Below, piece by piece: positions 50,034 to 63,107 of a stretch of 64,000 bases of DNA. Position 1 is the first letter of the stretch. Every line of letters starts with the position of its first letter. The position numbers and the translations under genes were made by a program. The notes below the pieces were generated by a model. That model saw nothing but the letters and a program-made list of their open reading frames with translations, made no database searches and was not told the DNA's origin. This DNA is from Mytilus edulis (taxonomy: Eukaryota). The DNA lies in the NCBI RefSeq assembly GCF_963676685.1, contig NC_092344.1, positions 1,116,001 to 1,180,000 on the forward strand, written 5' to 3'.

Positions 50034-51616
50034 CAGGCGCGTAGCAACCCGTACGCAAAAACGCAATTGCGTACACATCGAAAATTTCACAAAAATAAAA
50101 ATATGGTAAATCTAGTAAGAACAAAATTAAAGTAATGAAGTTAATAAAAAAAATATACAAATATGTTATAGATCACTTTGTAGCTATATTCCGTTCCGAA
50201 AACTAGTCTTCCCTTTTTATTTACGAAACCAGCATAGTAATTCTGTTGCTGATGCAAACAATTTAAAATGGCTGAGTCCTCCGGGTGTCAAAACACAATT
50301 GTTACGTCTTCTATGCCTCCTTACCCTGACATCTTTTCTGAAGATTCCAAAATAACTGATGAAATAAAATATGACATTCTTAAGAGACCATGGACATCAA
50401 TTCATTCTTATGAATTTCCTGTGAGGTATGTATAAGTCTTAAACAGTCTAGTCCAACTTAAGTTTAACGGGGGTGGTAAAGGGTAATTTTCGTGCAACTG
50501 TATTCACCTTTTTTTTTCATTTGACGTTCAACGTGTTTTCACTTTTTTAAATTTTAGTGCAAGACGGGTGCCTCTTTCGATCAACAAGTTACATGTTCCC
50601 AAATTTAAATAAAAGTGCGTGTTTTCCATGCTTTCAGTTTTAAAGTTTTTGTTTTCCGTAATCCTAACTTGATTTGAATAAAAAAAACTTTTTTTCGCTA
50701 AGTACTGATCCACCATCCCAACCCCACCCTTTACTACCATTTTTAACCTTTACTAACTAGCAAATTTTTAGAATTTTATCTTAAATTTTATTTAATATTG
50801 TTGAAGAAAAAAAATTGATTTGATTTTGTTATGCCCTACCTACGATAATAGATGGGCATTGTGCTTTCTGGTCTGTGAATCCGTCTGTCCGTCCGTCTGT
50901 CTGTTGGTCCGTCTGTCGTATGCCGGTCTCGATGGCAACGGCAGAACGGTCTTTTAGTACCATGAGAAGAGTGAAGGCCTACTTGAGAAATACAATGAAA
51001 ACGAATCGTTTATCTGGACTCGGTCTTTTGAACATATACCGAGATTTTTTTTTTTAAATCAGACACGGTTTTGGACATCTTTAGTAGAAAAAAAGAAAGG
51101 AAATTGGTTTTTCAGAATTAACTTTGAGAGAAAAAAAAAGCTGAAAAACACTGCTTGTTCACTCATAAAATAAAACATAAAGATATATGTGATTCGAATT
51201 TTTATTTGTGTATTTTCTCAATAAAAAAAATACCATTTAAGTTGCACAGTGTTGGCTTAGAAATAAGTTTGTTTTCTAATGTAAAGTGGGTTCAGCATGA
51301 TTAGGTAACAAATAAAATATACCTAATCAAGCCATTTTAACCCACTACACATAAGGAAAAAAAAAAACAAATTGTTAAGCCAACAGTACGGGTTTCTTTG
51401 TTTTTCTCTGATTATTTATTTCCAAAGTTGACTTGTTTCTCCTAAAAGTAAGATTTCTGTGAGGTCATTTTAAGTCCTCGGAAATTGCGAGAATGCAGGA
51501 TTTTGCACCATTTACCCCAGAGCTTCTGGGGGCCTTGAGCGACCCCCAGATTCCCTGCCGTATAACTTCCTTCTCCGGCATTGCGTACACATCAAAATTG
51601 CCTAGCTACGCCCCTG
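50034..51616 (+). mobile_element. Internally deleted hAT transposon (ZMYM1/P52rIPK-like transposase remnants) with 5-bp TSD
   Basis: TAATG|CAGGCGCGTAGC ... GCTACGCCCCTG|TAATG. First exon 50268-50425 (MAESSG..DEIKYDILKRPWTSIHSYEFPV, then GTATGT). hATC dimerisation domain 50920-51121 (PVSMATAERSFSTMRRVKAYLRNTMKTNRLSGLGLLNIYRD..VLDIFSRKKERKL, frameshifted). A HINE 5' fragment sits at 50828-50918. Confidence 0.9.
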
Positions 51617-51825
51617 TAATGCCATCTCCAAACCTCAATTAAACTGATTGAAAGATTATGTCTTCATCATATTAAAATCAAGAAAAATTCCTCCCGATAG
51701 GGGTTTAGTATCATACATCATAAAATATGTGAGAATCAATATTAAAATCAAAATATGCCATATTTAATGATCTGACAACAGTATCGTAACTATATCTCTT
51801 CTTATTAAGCCTGTTTAAAGGTTAA
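51617..51825 (-). mobile_element. Second fragment of the Penelope-like element
   Basis: Reverse-complement similarity to ~13600-13865 (e.g. AATTAAACTGATTGAAAGATT, GGGGTTTAGTATCATAC, CAGTATCGTAACTATAT). Confidence 0.7.
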
Positions 51826-51962
51826 AAAACCCAAAATTAATTATGTCATTGAAATTGTTTTTTTGATGCAGTACTTTTTCCCCTTCTTTTTCATATGCCC
51901 TTTTTTTCTCTCTTTTGTTCAAAACATAATGATATAAGTACACTTGTTAACGTTTATTTGTT

Positions 51963-53684
51963 CCGGTGTCTTATAGCCATTCTTCCCCCGTGCCAATTTT
52001 TCCGGGGGGGAAACCTGGATCGATCCTATATTTCCCACTGGAAAAATTGGCATGATCCAAATTTTCCCCCTCAGCGTTATAGGGGGGAAACGAGGATCAG
52101 GCCAATTTCCCCCCTTTGCAGCGTTGAGAAGCTAGTTTTCCGCCCCCTTGTAATATAACGTCGGAGTGACGTCAGTTAGAAATATTTATCCTAATAAAAC
52201 AATATTAACTTTTTTTTATTAGTTTAGCGGTACTAAAGCTCCACGGAGTCGTATGCATATACATTTGATATATAATTATATATACATGTACATACATTCT
52301 ATATTGATACACACGAAGCACATTCTGATGTGGTTATCACATCCATTCTCTTGAAGAATTTTCCCTGGCCTGACAGACGTCTTTGCTGTCTCCGACATAC
52401 TATGGTGAAATGACTTTACATGATAAACATGTTTGTACCACAAATAAAAGACACCATCAAAGGCATGGATAGAGAAAAATACTTGTCGCCTTAAAGATTT
52501 CATTCAGGAGAAGAAGCCAGATTCGGATGAAACTTCATCAAATCTAGGGGAGATATGTACACCCGCTCTAACCAGCACAGGAGACGTGAAAGGGCAGGAG
52601 CTACCCCATTAGTGTGAGCTACAAAATATCCCGTCTGCCCTAAAGGTGCTAAGGATTGACCACGATCCAGCACTAATGAAACAAATATCCACCGGAGTTA
52701 CACTGACGTGGAAGTAAGTAATTAAAGGCCACCGTACGGCATCCAACGATGAAAAAACCTTATATATGCCTCGACAATAAAAATTTGAAAACAAGTCAAA
52801 CAAAACTAACAACCTTATTGATAACGAAATAATTTACGGAAAAAAAACTTGACAGACATGAACCAGGAACATATATATAGATATACTGTTCCCAGCATGA
52901 ACCATGAACAACAACCACTATATGCTACATGTTCCTGGCTTTGGAATGGGCATTGGCACATAAACAATGTGGTGGCCATAAACTCAACCTTCCCCAATGA
53001 ACCCAACCTAGGACAGCACAACGCAAGAAAAAACTGTAAAATATCAGTTACCTATTGGCTTCATGTCCCTAAAAATGTTGGTACGGTGCACAATAATCAC
53101 TTACATAAAAAAAAACAATAGACACAAAGGACCGAAATAAAAGTACTCGCGGTTACTGAAAGCTATTTTCAAAGGTAGTTAAAATGTACACGGACTAGTG
53201 GACATAGAATGTCAGACTGGTAAACATGTAAACAGACGGGTGAATATGTGGACAGACATGTCAACATATATACAGACATGCAGTTGAGAATTTAGAAAGA
53301 CTAGGGAACACAAAGAAAGACAGATAAGTTGACACATAGACAGACTGATAAACCTGTAGATAGACTTGTGTTAATGTTAATTAAAAGAACTAAACATTTG
53401 TATCATTTGTATATATGAACCTATGTCTAACACTGTTCGGTTTAATTTTCAGATGTGTATATAAATACATGTAGGGAAATCTATAATATAGGGGAAAATG
53501 TTGGCAATGGGGGGGGGGGGGGGGGGGGGGGAGTGACTATATGTATACGTATTGTCAAATTTCCGCGGGGGAAGAATGGCAATGATCCAAAATTTCCGCG
53601 GGGGAAATATTGGCTCATGCCAGTCCTTCCCCCGCCGGGGGAAGAACTGCATGGCATGGGAGGAGAATGGCTATATAACACCGG
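51963..53684. mobile_element. TIR DNA element with CCGGTGT termini and GC-rich subterminal repeats (superfamily unassigned)
   Basis: CCGGTGTCTTATAGCCATTCTTCC ... GGAGAATGGCTATATAACACCGG; subterminal TTTCCGCGGGGG-type repeats. No TSD seen. Confidence 0.55.
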
Positions 53685-53941
53685 CCGCCTAACAGACGTT
53701 CCACTGGAAACTGTGTTACTAAACAATGCCATACTGGCATCATCATATAGCTGTTCCTGTTGGAACTAATGTTATATGATCATTATTCCATTTGGAACTT
53801 ATGTTATAATGGAACTTCTAATTTATTGACAATCTCCTTTTAATATATAGAGTACAGTTTGTATTTTTTCTTATCGTGCTTTCAACAACAATGAGAACGC
53901 AAAATACATAAGAAGTGTTTAAACAACTAGTTTATCTTAAA

Positions 53942-54099
53942 CAGAGGCGGATTTGGGGGGGGGGGCACGGGGCCCGGGCCCCCCTTTTGATATTTTTTTT
54001 TGTATCTTATATAGGGAATCACTGAAGCGTGACAAGATCTGGTCCCCTCTTAGGCAGCCAGTGGGCCCCCACTTATGAAAATTTCTGCATCCGCCACTA
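53942..54099. mobile_element. hAT-type MITE with 5-bp TSD
   Basis: CAGAGGCGGATTT...ATCCGCCACTA flanked by TTAAA/TTAAA. Confidence 0.85.
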
Positions 54100-54881
54100 T
54101 TAAACATTCAATTTCGTGTATGTTGTAGCCCAATGTATAGTGCTATGTTGCTCTGACGTTTGGCGGTCTTTATGTGACTTGATGAGCCGGCCGTGGGATC
54201 GATACAAACAGATATAAATAATTCAATGATAGGCGCGATTGTTAAACCAAGAACCAATTTTACAATGGGACGGCATTGAAACAGAAATTCATCACGTCAT
54301 AATGAAATGATGGTCGAACGTTGTCGTTGGTGAACACGTTGCTCAGTGACTGGTTTATGTCTGGTCAAACGGCGGCAGTTGCAAGATGCGGCTTTTCTTT
54401 TTATTTCAGTATCTACTTTTTCTTTCGTGTTTTGTTTTCTTTACTAGGGAAGCGGCCGATTATTTGTGGTAAGTCATACAGACTGCATATTTTTACATAG
54501 CCTGGATTTCTTTATACAATGCTGTCATTATTTTTTTTTAATTATTGCACATTTATCTTTTTTAAAATTGATTTAGCTGTCTCTCTCTCTCTCTCTTTTT
54601 CTGTTTTTTTTTTAGTTATATATTTAAGCGAAAGAGACTTGAAAAAAAAACCCAATAAAAGCAACAAAAAAAAACATTTAGAATAAACTGTTGGTTTAAC
54701 CGTTGACTGCATAATCACAAATCGCAAAATAATTGTTCTATTTTTTAGTCAATCTGCACTAGAGGATGTGAGTTATTTTACACTGTTACTGAGGAAGATA
54801 CTTACTTTATTCAATAGTTCATACTACACAGTCCCGTATCCGTGTTTACTACACGAAGCTCTAGAAGTAAGTTACAAATAG

Positions 54882-54982
54882 AGAAGTTATTATTTCATAC
54901 GGTTACAGAAGTTATTGTTTCATAAAGATACAGAAGTTATTGTTTCATAAAGATACAGAAGTTATTATTTCATAAAGATACA
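54882..54982. repeat. 25-bp tandem repeat, 4 copies
   Basis: AGAAGTTATT(G/A)TTTCATAAAGATAC. Confidence 0.85.
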
Positions 54983-55664
54983 AAGATGTCAATGTTCATG
55001 GACTCTTATTTTTTTCAGTTTTATTGAATATAAACTCATCAAATATTAACTCAAAGTATATGATCGTATGATGTTGTCTTTCGTAAATCGACATAGACTT
55101 AATTAACCTACTGTCAATAAGTTGTATAAATTATAATTGAAAATGGAAATGGGGAATATGTCAAGTAGACAACAACTCGACTAAAGAGCAGACAACAGCC
55201 GAAGGCCAACAATTGGTCTTCATAGCAGCGAGAAAGTCCCGCACCCGGAGGTAGTATTCAGCTGGCCCCCAAATAAAATTGTGAACTTGTACAGTGAAAA
55301 AATGTTGTATACCATGTTCTGATCAGTATATTGCTTGAACTTTAGTGGATCAAACTATTTTATGACCTGGACAGACCGTCAACATTTTTAACTTCTTCTG
55401 GATGTTAAAACAGAACAATCCGGGAAATTAAACGAACCTTGTAAATAACTATCTAAAAGATTTTTTTCATTCAAACCGCTGTTTCAAAACAGTTATACAA
55501 GTTGATAACTTTTTTGTTCATTTGACCTTCTTGCTGTTAAGCACCCAGTCTTTTTGTCCTAATCATTACTAAGGTTATCTAGCATCTTTACCGCATGTTC
55601 GACTTCCTCTTGGTGTTTCACTTGAAGCCTTATGGAAATATGAATAGGTATAACTGTACTTACA

Positions 55665-56058
55665 TCTTATGGTTTGTTCTTATGTTTTTCTGTTACACAT
55701 CTGTCCCCAGTTAGGAGGAGGGTTGGTTACCGCTAACATGCGTAACGCCTCCACATTCTGTATGTTTGTGCCTGTCTCTAGTAAGAGCCTGTAATTCATT
55801 GGTTGACGTTTTTTGCTGGAATGCATGTTTGTTTTTCGTTCATTTTTTGTTCATTAATTCGGTCGTTAGTTTTCTATTATCAATTGTTTTCTATTTGTGA
55901 TTTCGGGGTCTTTTGAAGCGGACTATATGCGGTATGGGGATTCCGCTCATTACGTACAGTGACCTATAGTTCAAGTGTTAATTTCTGTGACATTTGGTCG
56001 ACTCTTGTCTCTTGTGAAGAGTTGTCTTATTGGCAATCATACCACATCTTCTATTTTC
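55665..56058 (+). mobile_element. Non-autonomous dispersed repeat ending in GAGTTGTCTYATTGGCAATCATACCACATCTT
   Basis: The terminal module recurs at 36425-36470 (+), 14860-14910 (-) and 57192-57295 (-). The core GGAGGGTT..AACATG..GCCTGTC resembles 14020-14090. Confidence 0.65.
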
Positions 56059-56457
56059 ATACATACTCCAAGTTTTATAGTTCATCATTCTTATTTGTTA
56101 GAAGTTCATCCATATTATTGTTATTGCAGTTCCCCTTGATGATATTGATCAGAATAGTGTTTGCCTATACCTGTACCCTTGTGGTTACTCTGGGAGTTAT
56201 CTTTCTTGAGTAAGTATTTACGCTTAATACACAATTCACATATATATGCAACTCATCAAACCTAAATAGCCTTTTCCTTTGGTTTGGAGGTCAATGTTGG
56301 TCTTTAAACTTTTTATTATTTGGAATTTAAAATGTATATTTATATCATTACGTTTCTTCGTATGCTACATGTATTTTTATAATAATTTCTCAGTTAAAAA
56401 CAAATGTTTTACACATTTTTTTTATTATTCTAAGTATATACATGTAAAAGTCTGTTA

Positions 56458-56990
56458 TATTGTCCAGTATTTGGTAGTCGTTTTTATGTACTAGAAGGGT
56501 TGCACATATTTTTCTAGGGTATTGTCCAGTATTTTGGTAATCGTTTTTATGTACTAGAAGGGTTACACATATTTTTCTGGGGTATTGTCCAGTATTTTGG
56601 TAATCGGGTTTATGTACTAAAGGAGTTGCACATATTTTTCTGGGTATTGTCCAGTATTTTGGTAGTCTTGCACATATTTTTCTGGGTACTGTCCAGTATT
56701 TTAATAGCCCGTGTTATGTTCTAAAAGGGTTGTACATATTTTTCTGGGTATTGTCCAGTATTTTGGTAGTCCGTGTTATGTACTAAAAGGGTTGAAAATA
56801 AAAAAATTTTGGGTATTGTCCAGTATTTTAATAGCCCGTGTTATGTTCTAAAAGGGTTGTACATATTTTTCTGGGTATTGTCCAGTATTTTGGTAGTCCG
56901 TGTTATGTACTAAAAGGGTTGAAAATAAATTTTTATGGGGTATTGTCCAGTATTTTGGTAGTCCGTTTTATGTACTAAAAGTTTTTTTTA
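56458..56990. repeat. ~62-bp minisatellite (~9 units, some shortened)
   Basis: Unit GGGTATTGTCCAGTATTTTGGTAGTCCGTGTTATGTACTAAAAGGGTTG(C/T)ACATATTTTTCT. Confidence 0.9.
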
Positions 56991-57654
56991 CATATTTTAT
57001 CTTTTCAGATGGATTGTAGTAAGAGCCAGCCACGAATGCACGTGCTTGCCGTGAACTTTGTAATCGTGTACCATGTCAGTGAATGTAACTTTTTTTCTAA
57101 TAAAAATAATTTATCATAACTTAAAATGTTATTAACACTTCTGGTCCTACATCCTGTCGATACGTATATTATAGCATAAAACCAGATTAGATATAAAAAG
57201 AAGATGTGGTATGATTGACAATGAGACAACTCTCCACAAGAGACCAAATGACACAGAAATTACCAACTAATGATCATCGTACGGCCTTCAACAATATGGA
57301 GTTGGCTTAGGCTCATTCTAAAAACCTATACATTGACTTGATAACTTGTATACAGCCTTGTTGTTTTGTTTCTGTTAATGTTTATCTCATTCAAAGTTTT
57401 ATGATGACATGTACATGTACAGTACTGTAGGTAAAGTCAAATTTCCTATATACCTCAATATAACACAACATAGTAGTTTTTTTTTAGATAAGTGCCTGTG
57501 TCCAACACCTCGAAAATTTGGCGGGAAATGATTCTCTCTGGATGTTTCATACATTTAACATTAGAACATTTTTTCTTCCAAAAAACTATGATTTCAAAAT
57601 TTACCTCAGTTTAGAGTATATGTTGTTAAATTTTGGAGAGCAAAGTAGGGATAA

Positions 57655-57958
57655 GGGAGCTACCATTTGATTTTTATGGTGGGGGGGGGGGGGGGGGGGC
57701 TAGGATGAAATTTGAAAAAAATAGGCAGGACAGGAGTTTTGAGTAAAAAAAAAGGCAGGATGAGACACTTGCAAAAAAAAGTCAGGACGACAATTTAGGT
57801 AAAAAAAAGTCAGGATAAACTAAAAAAAAAAGGCAGGACCGAACAGAGTGAAAAATAAAAAGGCAGGACAGAGATTACTGCTAAAAAAAATGCAGGACAA
57901 AATTTTTCATCCTAGCCCCCCTCCCCCCCCCCCCCATAAAAATCAAATGGTAGCTCCC
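57655..57958. mobile_element. PIF/Harbinger-type MITE
   Basis: TAA|GGGAGCTACCATTTGATTTTTATGG ... CCATAAAAATCAAATGGTAGCTCCC|TAA; internal AAAAAGGCAGGA repeats. Confidence 0.85.
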
Positions 57959-58099
57959 TAAAGTTAACAACAGTTTTGATGGCACTATATGAAGATAAAA
58001 CCAGGGAGTTCCGAATAACCAGAGAAAAATCCAAAACAAGACTAGCAAAGTACCTTAATACTTCATGAGCAAGTGTCTTCTATATTGTACAAGGTCTAA

Positions 58100-58814
58100 T
58101 GCGGGGTTCACACATTGCCGATTATTGCTCCCGTTTGAGATCAGACAGCGATACGACACGAAAAGTGAAAAAGTCGGATTAGTATCCTCAATTATCTGGA
58201 ATGTCCTATTATTGTCTGAACGCAGTCGTTTAAGTTCGTAACAGATTCCTACTGGTCGGGAAGGGTCCGAATAGTTCGGCAAACACCCCGACAGTTAGGT
58301 GCATCCCGTAACATTCGGGGAAACTCAGCCGATTTTGTCTAGACGGATTACAATCGTGCCTATGTCGTGACAGATTCTGCTGTATCGGATCGAATTCCTA
58401 ACAATGTTCTGTGTATTCGGGACGGTGTCCTGTGGAACGGGAATGATCTGGAGAAGTCCAGACAATAACAGAATACAATACGACTGAGACCAGACAAAGC
58501 CGTTTGCAATGCGATAGAGCGGACCGTGATAGGATTACGTTCCGACAGTACCTGATCATCCCGATTATGCCGACAGTTTTCGAACGGATAACTTCCGTCA
58601 GCGTCGGTTCACTGTCTTGTCACTATCTGATCTATTACATTCGGTAGAATCGGGACGCAGTCGTGACAGACTCGGTCGAATTTTACCTGGCGAAAGATAC
58701 AAATCGAATTTCCATCCACGATTCACAGGATCTTGATCAGACTTTTGAAAAATTTTAATCGGGAATGGTCCTGTCAAGGACGGCAGTAAAAATCGTGAAT
58801 GTGTGACCCCAGCT
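58100..58814. mobile_element. Harbinger-type non-autonomous element
   Basis: TGCGGGGTTCACACATT ... AATGTGTGACCCCAGCT; TAA/TTA flanks; CpG-rich interior. Confidence 0.6.
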
Positions 58815-59385
58815 TTATTGAAGACGGTTTTTTTTCTCTTTTGAATCAAATTAGGAATATCGAATCACATTTTGTATAATTATACCAAAAACAATTGCAT
58901 ACAATGTATTGGTAAGTCAGGTGTAGCATTGCAATAAAATACTTCATTCATAAGTGAATACACATAACATCAATAGCAAACCAAACAACGTACTAGTTAA
59001 ACATCTCCCCCAAGAAAAGTAATTAGCTCTGTATCTTAGTTATTTCATTATTATCCAACATTGAAGAGACATTTGTTTTAATTCTGCTTGTCACACTCCT
59101 ACTTCAACACTGAGGAAATTAAGAATTAATTTTATAATGCTTTATCAGTCCAAGTAATCCTTATTTTAAATAAAAGCGCAAAAGTAATCGATTGGTTTTG
59201 AAAATATCTCAGTAACAAAGAATGACAGAGCTGAAATTAAAATGTTAATTAATTCTTAGATTACTAAACTGACCCAATAGAGAACACTTGTCATGTTATG
59301 TTATGCATGGGACTAACACATATCACTCAGTCTCACCATATATAATTACTGAGACTTGGCATATCTAGTTTGGAGAAAAATCACC

Positions 59386-59686
59386 ATGGACGAGTTTTAC
59401 GTGTTGAATTTTCTTTTTATAAATGTTATTACATCTGTTGCTGACATGCAGTTAATGTTTTTCGACGTTTACAAAAATCAGAAAATTTCATCAAACTATC
59501 AAATGCACAGGACATTTTATTTGAGTTCTAAAGAAGAATGTGCGATCTTATGTTTAAATACTTTGACATGTTGGTCTGCTAGCTATCGCAGAAGTACGGG
59601 AGAATGTGGATCAAGTAGCAGGAGTGCAAGATCTGAACCAAACACTACACAATACGACCCTGAGTGGATAATTCTAAACAGAAACG
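59386..59686 (+). CDS. PAN/Apple + C-type lectin gene, exon 1 (signal-like N-terminus + PAN/Apple domain)
   Basis: MDEFYVLNFLFINVITSVA.. then SKEECAILCLNTLTCWSASYRRSTGECGSS (PAN cysteine pattern); phase-1 donor ACG|GTAAGG. Confidence 0.8.
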
Positions 59687-60421
59687 GTAAGGGTAGTTTT
59701 TTCAAGTATATATGATCAATGCCTGTTACGAAGGTAATAAAAAGGTATACACTGGACGTGTTTCACAAATACAAATAATTATGAAGCACAAAACATTAAC
59801 ATCAAAACTAGGTGCTCCACTTAAGAAAACTTATTTGGTAAGGTTAAAATAATAATTTACTAAATTTCTTTAATTTATTTGATGCCAAACAGATACACAT
59901 TTAATTGTCGCTATTGTCTAAAAATGGTCTCAATAAAGATAGACAATCAGCCAGACATTTTTCGATGTCGTCTCAATAAAGATAGACAAGCAGTCAGAAA
60001 TTTGTTAATGTTGTCTCAAAGACTCTCTTGTGAAGAGTATGCTAGTTAATGATAGTCTCGATGCACCAGAGTTACTGTTCTTACAGCCAACAATAACATA
60101 TGCATATGGAGCGTCTGGATAATCGAGACTAGCTAGTTGACAGTCCTACCACATTTTCTTATGTTTATATTTACAAACAGGCAGACATTTGAACATGGGG
60201 AACATATTTAGATTTTTCTTCAAAAAAAGGAAACAATCGCTTGAAAAAAACAGGTTCTTTTTGTATTTTTTGATAGCGTTCTACCTTTTTTTTAAACGTC
60301 ATCTATGGTACTATTCATTTATCAATACTGACCAAATTCAGATACAAATTAAAAAAAAACACCAGTGTATATTTTGATAATTTTTTTAAACTTTGTACAA
60401 TAATTAAATGTAATATTTCAG

Positions 60422-60504
60422 TCGAGTGTTATGACAAATGGATACCAGACGGGGATAGCTGCTATTTGGTTAGTGACGTCGGTGTGACATGGAAAGAAGC
60501 CGAG
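60422..60504 (+). CDS. PAN/Apple + C-type lectin gene, exon 2
   Basis: TTTCAG| (V)ECYDKWIPDGDSCYLVSDVGVTWKEAE |GTCTGT; long-form CTLD N-terminus; phases 1/0 are consistent. Confidence 0.88.
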
Positions 60505-61198
60505 GTCTGTTATTATTATTAATAATTTTTTTGAGGGTGGTGTAAATACATTATTGAAAAGGGTCAAAGTGCAAGTTAACATTTACCCTAAAAAATTGGT
60601 AAAAGTTACAGCGAAGAAAATTAAGAATTTTTTTTAAAAGGAACAAAAGAAGCAAATGACAGAGTTATTTCTTTAAAAAAAAGAATGTACACACAATGGT
60701 ATTTGTCCACTGTGAGAGAGTTTATGTCAATCCACCAGACTATATAATGAAACAAACTTTAGAGGAATTGTATGCTGTAGTAGAACTCGTAGAAGATCAC
60801 ACAACATCCTTAATGCTTACTATAGTTTTAATTATACTTGTGTAGTTGTGAAAATAGGATAGTTAGTGTTTTAACGGTTTTTGATTTTCGTCTTTTGAAT
60901 CGCCGTTTTATTTGCTTAATTTTGTGATATTCCTTTATAAACGCAAAAAGTTTCAATATTAACGGAATTGTAGCGCTTGGTGTCACGTTATGTAATCGAA
61001 GATTTGAAGACGTATCTTACTAGTCAGGATTCTATTTCGTCAAAATTATCTCCCCATTACGCCAGTCCTTTTTACAATCTACTAACTTGTCTAAGTTATT
61101 AAGTCAGGGGAAATAGGATTTCTGCAGCCTACTCTCAGTTGATGTTCTTGTCTGCATTGATTCAACTTAAAACTATTGTCTGTCTGTCTATCTGATAT

Positions 61199-61977
61199 TT
61201 GTTAAATCACAAATCTCATATAAAGTCAATTATCATTAAAAAACTCCGAATTAAATATGATGAAATTTGGCTTAACCTACTAAATAATGACAAACCTGGC
61301 ATGGTGCAAGGAAATAAATTAAGGACCTATAGACTATTTAAAAATAATATAGGCCTTGAAAAACATGTATTGTTAAATAATTGTAAAACATTAAATGAGT
61401 TAACCAAATTTAGAATTAGTACCCATCAACTTGAAATAGAAAAGGGAAGACATAAAGGAATACCCCCATATAAAAGATTTTGTAAATTATGTAATTATGA
61501 CATTGTTGAGAATGAAATTCATTTTCTTCTTCAATGTCCATCACTTAAAACTGAGAGATCCAGTATTATTTAGATTTATCCTCTAAATTTACTAACTTTA
61601 AAACTTTAAATGACCAATCTAAATTTGTATGGTTGATGTTAAATGAAGATCCATTTGTTAATAACATAATGATTAAATTGATAGATATTTAAAGACTAGA
61701 AGAGTAAAATTAAGTATTAATACATGAGTAGCCCACAGCTGTTCTTCTAATTATAAAATGGTACTGATTGTGTTAACTCACTCATTATCTTTGGGAATAT
61801 ATACTGTGTTGGTTGTCTCCCTTCTCTTATATAACATAGTTTTAGTTTTATTGTCATGTATTATAATTTCAATGAAAAAAATCACCACAATCATTTGTAC
61901 ACTTTAATTTAAACTGTAATTGTACTGCTCCTCGGGGCGTCTTGATTGACAAATACAAATTGTTGTTGTTGTTGTTG
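61199..61977 (+). mobile_element. 5'-truncated non-LTR retrotransposon (RTE-X/Proto2-like C-terminus) with (TTG)n tail, in lectin intron 2
   Basis: GNKLRTYRLFK..LTKFRISTHQLEIEKGRH..RFCKLC..ENEIHFLLQCP (CCHC-type C-terminus); 3' UTR ends AATACAAATTGTTGTTGTTG. Confidence 0.8.
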
Positions 61978-62471
61978 ATCGGTTGTCAGGTGGAATTTTC
62001 GAAAATTCATAAACATTTAAAAAAAAATCTAATTAAATATTTCGTGAAAGGGCAGACGAAACTCTTTAGAGGTTGAAGAGTATAAACCCTAATTATCACT
62101 CACAAAAAAAGATTTTTTTTTGTCGAAGATATGCATTTTTAAGATCCAACTTAAAAGACTGTCTTCAACTTTAAGCAAAAATTGGTTATTCGAACACACC
62201 TACTCTGTTTTTGTGATTCATTAGAAAGTTATTTCACTTGACCTTTATATTTCATCTTTTATTACTATAAATTGTTGATGTTATAAAGTCAACATGTAGC
62301 CTTGATATATAAAAATGATAGAATATGAAGCGAGATGACGTATCAAATACTCTTGCTTACGAATTTATAATTTTGTAGACCTAAATCAATATTTCAATTT
62401 CTTTGAGATGGATCTCCCATAAAATGTGTGAGTTGAAATGCACCCAGCATAATGCTTTACAAATATTTCAG

Positions 62472-62583
62472 GCTCACTGCCATCGTTATGACAGTAGTTT
62501 AGTAGAAGTACCCGACACAAACAAGACAGATGCTTTAAAATCCTTGCTGGAAAGCCAATACACGAACCGGCATACAACAGTCG
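62472..62583 (+). CDS. PAN/Apple + C-type lectin gene, exon 3
   Basis: TTTCAG| AHCHRYDSSLVEVPDTNKTDALKSLLESQYTNRHTTV G|GTAAGC; phases 0/1. Confidence 0.88.
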
Positions 62584-63107
62584 GTAAGCTCCCATGTATG
62601 TTAAAGAGTATTATATGTACTGACCCCCCCCCCCCCCCCCCCCAAAAAAAAATGAAGAAAAAACCAATATTGTTTCTTTTGTTTCTTTGTTTGGAAATTA
62701 CCCATGCACTTAAGCAACACATGCTCCTTGAAGTCTCTAGTTCAAATTCAAAAGACCTATAAAGCTAAAATTTATTATGGGAACGTCTTGTTACAGGTCG
62801 AATTTGTTCAATTTTGTTTTATTAGGACTTGTAACTTTAAAAACTCACGGACAGAAAAAAAAACATTGCATAGAAAGTTCGAAATTTACTGAGTTAATTA
62901 ATGATATATCGCTTATTGTAATTCAAAACAAGGCGTTTTAACTTTTATTCATTTACTCAAATGGGCACCATTACATTTATATTTTTTCTCTTTAAACCTG
63001 TTCTCTTAAATTCAAACGGCTTAAAAGTATTCTTATTATAATAAGAAAGAGAGAGAGAGAGAGACAATCTTACAACTGTGACTACTTGATTTGATTTTTT
63101 TTTGTAG

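Noticed and set aside
57516-57527. TTTGGCGGGAAA as an E2F promoter site
   Set aside because: It is isolated, lacks other promoter motifs or a splice donor, and lies among repeat fragments.
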